A stretch of 22,958 nt of DNA from Emiliania huxleyi CCMP1516. Its lineage: Eukaryota. Made by a program: the position numbers and the translations under genes. This document shows positions 19,112 through 22,958 of the stretch, piece by piece. The stretch lies in contig NW_005202427.1 in the NCBI RefSeq assembly GCF_000372725.1, forward strand, positions 1,276,459 to 1,299,416. Reading direction: 5' to 3'. The first letter of the stretch is position 1. The number at the start of each line of letters is the position of its first letter. Under the pieces are notes generated by a model, which was not told the DNA's origin, did no database searches, and was given only the letters and a program-made list of their open reading frames with translations.

Positions 19112-20242
19112 ACGCGAGCACGTGGAGCACTCGGAGGAGACGGAGTACTCCGAAGTTTGGGGCGCACCCACACACCCACACACCCACGTGGTAATCTTTT
19201 ACAGTAGGCACAAGTTGGCACAGTACAATGGACTCTGAAGTTTGGGGCACACAACGCACACGCACAACGCACCCACACACCCAGGGGTCTCTACAATGCA
19301 ACCTCCCAAGCAAGCTCCCAGACATCAAGTGGGAAAGGGGTTCTGCCAGCGAGCACCATGCAGTGGTCTGCGGCTGGGCCCTCATTCAACAGTCAGCGTG
19401 GCGCGTCGCCAGAGGGGAGCTTTTCTTCACCCCCTCGCATGCAGCAGGACAGTACGGGGCTCCCACGCGCCACGGTTGGGCCCAAGGCCAAGCGCAGGCC
19501 AGCAAGCGCGAGCAACAAAAACAGCACGCTCTATCTATACGGTTTATAATTATCTTACTGTGCCCACACGCGGCCTCAGAGAGAGGGCCAGTCCCCGAAC
19601 CATGACCACCGACAACATCCATCCATCCACACCATCGTGCCACGACTTGCACGAAGCACTTACCCAATAAGTGCAAGGAAAGTCTGGCCCAGCCACCCAT
19701 AAGTACTGTATCCTGAAACCGCTGGCTGGGCCTCACGTGACCTCCTCCGCCCCGTCAGAGCTGAGCAGCTGAGTAGCAGGGTCACACCAAAAAAAGTCAC
19801 AGGCAGAGTCGCTGCAGCAAGGCCTTCTGCTCGCCGCCCACCGTGCCCGCCGAGTCCGACGACCGCACGGTGCTCTCCGCGCCGGCTCACCGTGCTCCAC
19901 GCCGTGCGTGATCGGCAGGTACGACGGTGGTAAGACTCACACCGACCACCATGGGCGTCGTGCTCAGCAAGGTCTTCGAAAACCTCTCCTCTTGCCGCGA
20001 GGCCGCCGCTCCGGCGGCAGAGGCTGACGTCCCGATGGAGCAAGCGCTGAGCGATGCCGAGCTTTCATCAGATCACGAGCACGAGGAGCAGCCGCTGCTC
20101 CATGAGTAGCGGCTCCGCGACGACAGTCAACCAGACTCGTGCGCTCGTGAAATGGAAGACAAAGCAGCGGCAGGTCAAGACGCAGGGGCAGCTCGCGGCT
20201 GAAATCGGGTGGTCGCCTCCGCAGCTCTCCTTCTTCCTCAAT

Positions 20243-20915
20243 GGGAAGGCATTTGGCGCCCTGCGTGCCTGCGTCTTCGCCTCCACATCCATTTCCAACA
20301 AAGCCAAAAAGGCGGTCTACGAGGCGATCGTTCTCTCGACCGTCCTCTACGGCTGCGAGACGTGGAGTTTGACCGAGGAGCTGACCGGCGGCTGCGCTGC
20401 ATGCATGCCCATCACTTACGAGCAATGTGCCGGGTGTCGCGCAGCCAGGCGTGGGAGCATCACATCTCGACCCAAGAGCTGGGACAGCGGCTGGGGTTGG
20501 ACTCCATCGAGTTCTACATCGCTCGCCGGCAGCTCCGGTGGCTTGGACACGTCAGCCGTATGCCTTACGAGACGAGGCTCCCTCGCCGCTTGCTCTCGGC
20601 GTGGGTGCCCCATCGCCGCCCGATAGGCTCGCCGTCCATGACGTACGGCCGCTCCATCTTCAAGGCGCTCGAGATGTTCCGCATCGACAAGACGCGCTGG
20701 CCCGAGCTCGCCGCGAACCGCAGCGCATGGCGCGAGACCTTGCGGACGGGCGTTGCCCCGCCTGCCTTTTGGCCGCCGGCTCCACCGCCGCAGGCCAAGC
20801 CCCTGTCGCGCACAAAGCTCCCCCGGAGCAGCGCGCAGCAGACCCAAGCCAATGAATGAGTCGCTCCGCCGGGAGCGTCTCTCATGACAACATACACATA
20901 CATACATTCATTCAT
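20243..20915 (+). mobile_element. 5'-truncated RTE-clade LINE, 3' end, frameshifted
   Basis: KAFGAL...[22 protein letters not shown], a frameshift at ~20385, then [13 protein letters not shown]...RLPRRLL...RPIGSP...WPELAANRSAWR, the typical post-RT RTE C-terminus. A (CATA/CATT)n tail lies at 20891-20915. Confidence 0.9.
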
Positions 20916-21252
20916 GACTCTCAGTCTACAGTCAGCGCTTTGATCCCAATCACGACACATGTGTGACTCGCCTAGTGTGGAGACGCCGTGTACCGTGGGG
21001 CCTTGTTGTCCTAGCACGGGAGTACCCGTGTGGACCGGAGGTAACAGCAGCAGCAGCAACCTGCGGAGGCACCCTCGACGCTGGCGAGGTACTTCAAGCC
21101 TGCTGTGAAAACAGCTGACGCAGTCTCGCCGCGGCTCGCCCCAGCATCTCGGGTTGACTCGGCCAGACTAAAACCCCGAGAGGCGTGGGAGTACCTCGCC
21201 AGCCTCGAAGTCAACGAGGCCCAACCCTGTGGCTCCTACTGCCTACAACTCG

Positions 21253-22399
21253 ATGTTGCTGCTGTCGCTGCCTCTGTTTCCCTCCGGTTTCGTGCTCCTC
21301 AGCGGTGGGGCTCCTCGCTCCTCGCTGGCTCCGCCGCGCACCGGCGCGGCTCTCAGCATGCGCGACGACCAGGCGACCCGGGACGACGCGCCGGGCCAGT
21401 CCTTCGACAACGACATGAGCGGCTGGAAGCCGCCGGGAGGCGGCGGCGGCGGCGGCCACGGCCTGGGTGGCGACACCTCGAAGTTTACCACGACCGACTC
21501 GCCCGACTTTCTCCCCGAGGAAGGGAGCGAGGAGGCGAAGCTCGCGTCGGGCATCAGCTACACCGACGGGATGATGGGCAGCCAAGCGGACCCGAACCGG
21601 AAAAAGTCGACGGGTCCCGAGCTGGCTGGCGCGCTCGACTCGGACCCGGACATCTACGTGCCGGAGGTGGAGGAGGTGGTCGCCGACTCGAGCCTCTTTG
21701 TGCTGCCAGAGGCGTCTTGGAAGCTGTCCAAGATGGAGGCGCGCCTCCTCACCTGACCTCTTCTCGCACCCCTCCCTGCGTGCGCGCCCGTCGCCGGCCC
21801 ACTCGCCGTCCCCGAGCCGCGCAGGTCTAACCCTAACCCTTACCCTAACCCTAACCCTAACCCTAACCCCGAGCCGCGCAGGTCTCTAACCCTAACCCTA
21901 ACCCTAACCCTAACCCTACCCTAACCCGAGCCGCGCAGGTCTCGCAGACGGACGAGGACCTCGAGTTCAGCTGCTCGGCGACAGAGGGAGGCGCGATGAA
22001 GGCGCGCGGAGGCGCACTGCCTCGGCCACGCTGCTCGGAGAGGGCGAGGTCGCTCCGCCGCGTCGCAGGTTGACGTCAAGCCCGTCTGCATGACCTTCGA
22101 GGACTACTACTGCGGCTTCACCTCCGACTCGCACCCCGCCTTCTCCGTCTCGCCCGACGCCGGAAAGATGGAGCGGCGGAACGGCCCGCCCACGACCGTG
22201 ACCGTGACCTGCAACCCGAAGGCGAGCCGCGACGCCCGCGGCCCGGCCGCTGCCCCGTACTCCCGCCCCCGCGACCCGCCCAACCGACCCGCCGCGACCG
22301 CAGGGCGCCTCCGGCGCGCTGGTCGGCTACCTCTGCTTCATCCTGCCCGAGGAGAGGGACTTTTCAACCTTTTACAAAGTCACGTGCAACTCGCGGTAG
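21253..22399 (+). CDS. Probable plastid-targeted protein of unknown function (exons 21253-21738, 21939-22001, 22069-22221, 22304-22399)
   Basis: Signal/transit-like N-terminus (MLLLSLPLFPSGFVL...AALSM). Three phase-0 GC-AG introns give a continuous frame through VDVKPVCMTFEDYYCGFT...GYLCFILPEERDFSTFYKVTCNSR*. Confidence 0.75.
21811..21942 (+). repeat. Interstitial telomeric (CCCTAA)n tracts between three copies of the splice-acceptor region CCCGAGCCGCGCAG|GTCT
   Basis: The 18-nt copies start at 21811, 21868 and 21925 (period 57) and are separated by ~6-7 CCCTAA units each. Confidence 0.97.
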
Positions 22400-22732
22400 A
22401 GGCCGCTCCGCTCGACGGGCTCGTGCTAGGTCCCGGCCCCCGGAAGACAATGCTCATGCATGCATGGCCCTCGTAGGGGCTGCTATCTCTGCTCTTCCGC
22501 TCACGCGCAGAGAGCTCTGAGAGCCAGAGTACGTAGCTCTTTTTTGCCGTGTGATAGACCTTTTAAGTTTTATTTGAAGCATTTTAGAGCACACGAAGCA
22601 GGAGAAGCCCGCTGGGGCGTGGGGCACGGCTCAGCTTTGTACGGTTCACTGACTGTAAAAAAACCTCGGCGCACGTGTGAACGTCACATCGACGCCGCCT
22701 GCCCGCTGCCGTTCGCGTGCTGCGGCGCGGCG

Positions 22733-22957
22733 TCACCCGCGACCGTGCGACGGCGTCGAGAGTGCCGCGGGGTCGAGGTGGGCGAGGTACTGCACCGCGG
22801 CGCGCGCGATCGTGAAGGGCTCCCCCGCCTCCGGCGACCAGAGCTGGTGCGGGTCGACGAAGCGCGCGACGTACTCGAGGTTGGAGTGGAGGCGAGCTGG
22901 CCGCGCGCGCAAGATGGCGAGGGCGAGGAGCCGGACGAAGGAGCCGTCGCTGGGCGC
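22733..22957 (-). CDS. 3' end of a VPS9-domain (Rab5 GEF-like) protein, partial
   Basis: My translation (not in the ORF track): APSDGSFVRLLALAILRARPARLHSNLEYVARFVDPHQLWSPEAGEPFTIARAAVQYLAHLD..., matching the VPS9 pattern P..L.SN..Y..RF...E.G..FT...AV. Confidence 0.75.
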   Translation of the reverse strand, partial: APSDGSFVRLLALAILRARPARLHSNLEYVARFVDPHQLWSPEAGEPFTIARAAVQYLAHLDPAALSTPSHGRG

Positions 22958-22958
22958 G

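Noticed and set aside
19686..19732. 10-bp inverted repeat (GGCCCAGCCA/TGGCTGGGCC) as a Helitron 3' hairpin
   Set aside because: The 27-nt loop is large and there is no CTRR terminus at the expected distance.
21829..21925. True chromosome end
   Set aside because: The telomeric tracts are short and lie inside an intron, with coding exons on both sides.

Overview
Very GC-rich, intron-containing eukaryotic DNA. Mostly GC-AG introns, 10-11-mer intronic repeats, TTAGGG-type telomeric tracts and signal-peptide-led plastid proteins point to a haptophyte alga such as Emiliania/Gephyrocapsa huxleyi (inference). Genes read by eye: 3' part of a STELLO/DUF288 glycosyltransferase-like gene, a J-domain protein, an 8-exon Methyltransf_22-like methyltransferase, a sulfotransferase, CLPTM1 running into an F-box/RCC1-repeat ORF, a SecE-like plastid protein, a probable plastid protein of unknown function, and the 3' end of a VPS9-domain gene. 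Orphan 3' fragments of RPN1 and METTL5 are present. Mobile DNA: two non-autonomous TIR elements with 8-bp TSDs, a CRE-like endonuclease fragment, an RTE LINE 3' fragment, a ~180-bp tandem array, and short retro-tail inserts at a shared 18-nt target. The most striking signal is a recurring 'direct repeat + simple-repeat or telomeric filler + direct repeat' structure. Several introns begin with a copy of the start of the next exon, suggesting intron birth by duplication-flanked repeat insertion. All gene models and family calls come from manual reading and motif recognition, not from searches.
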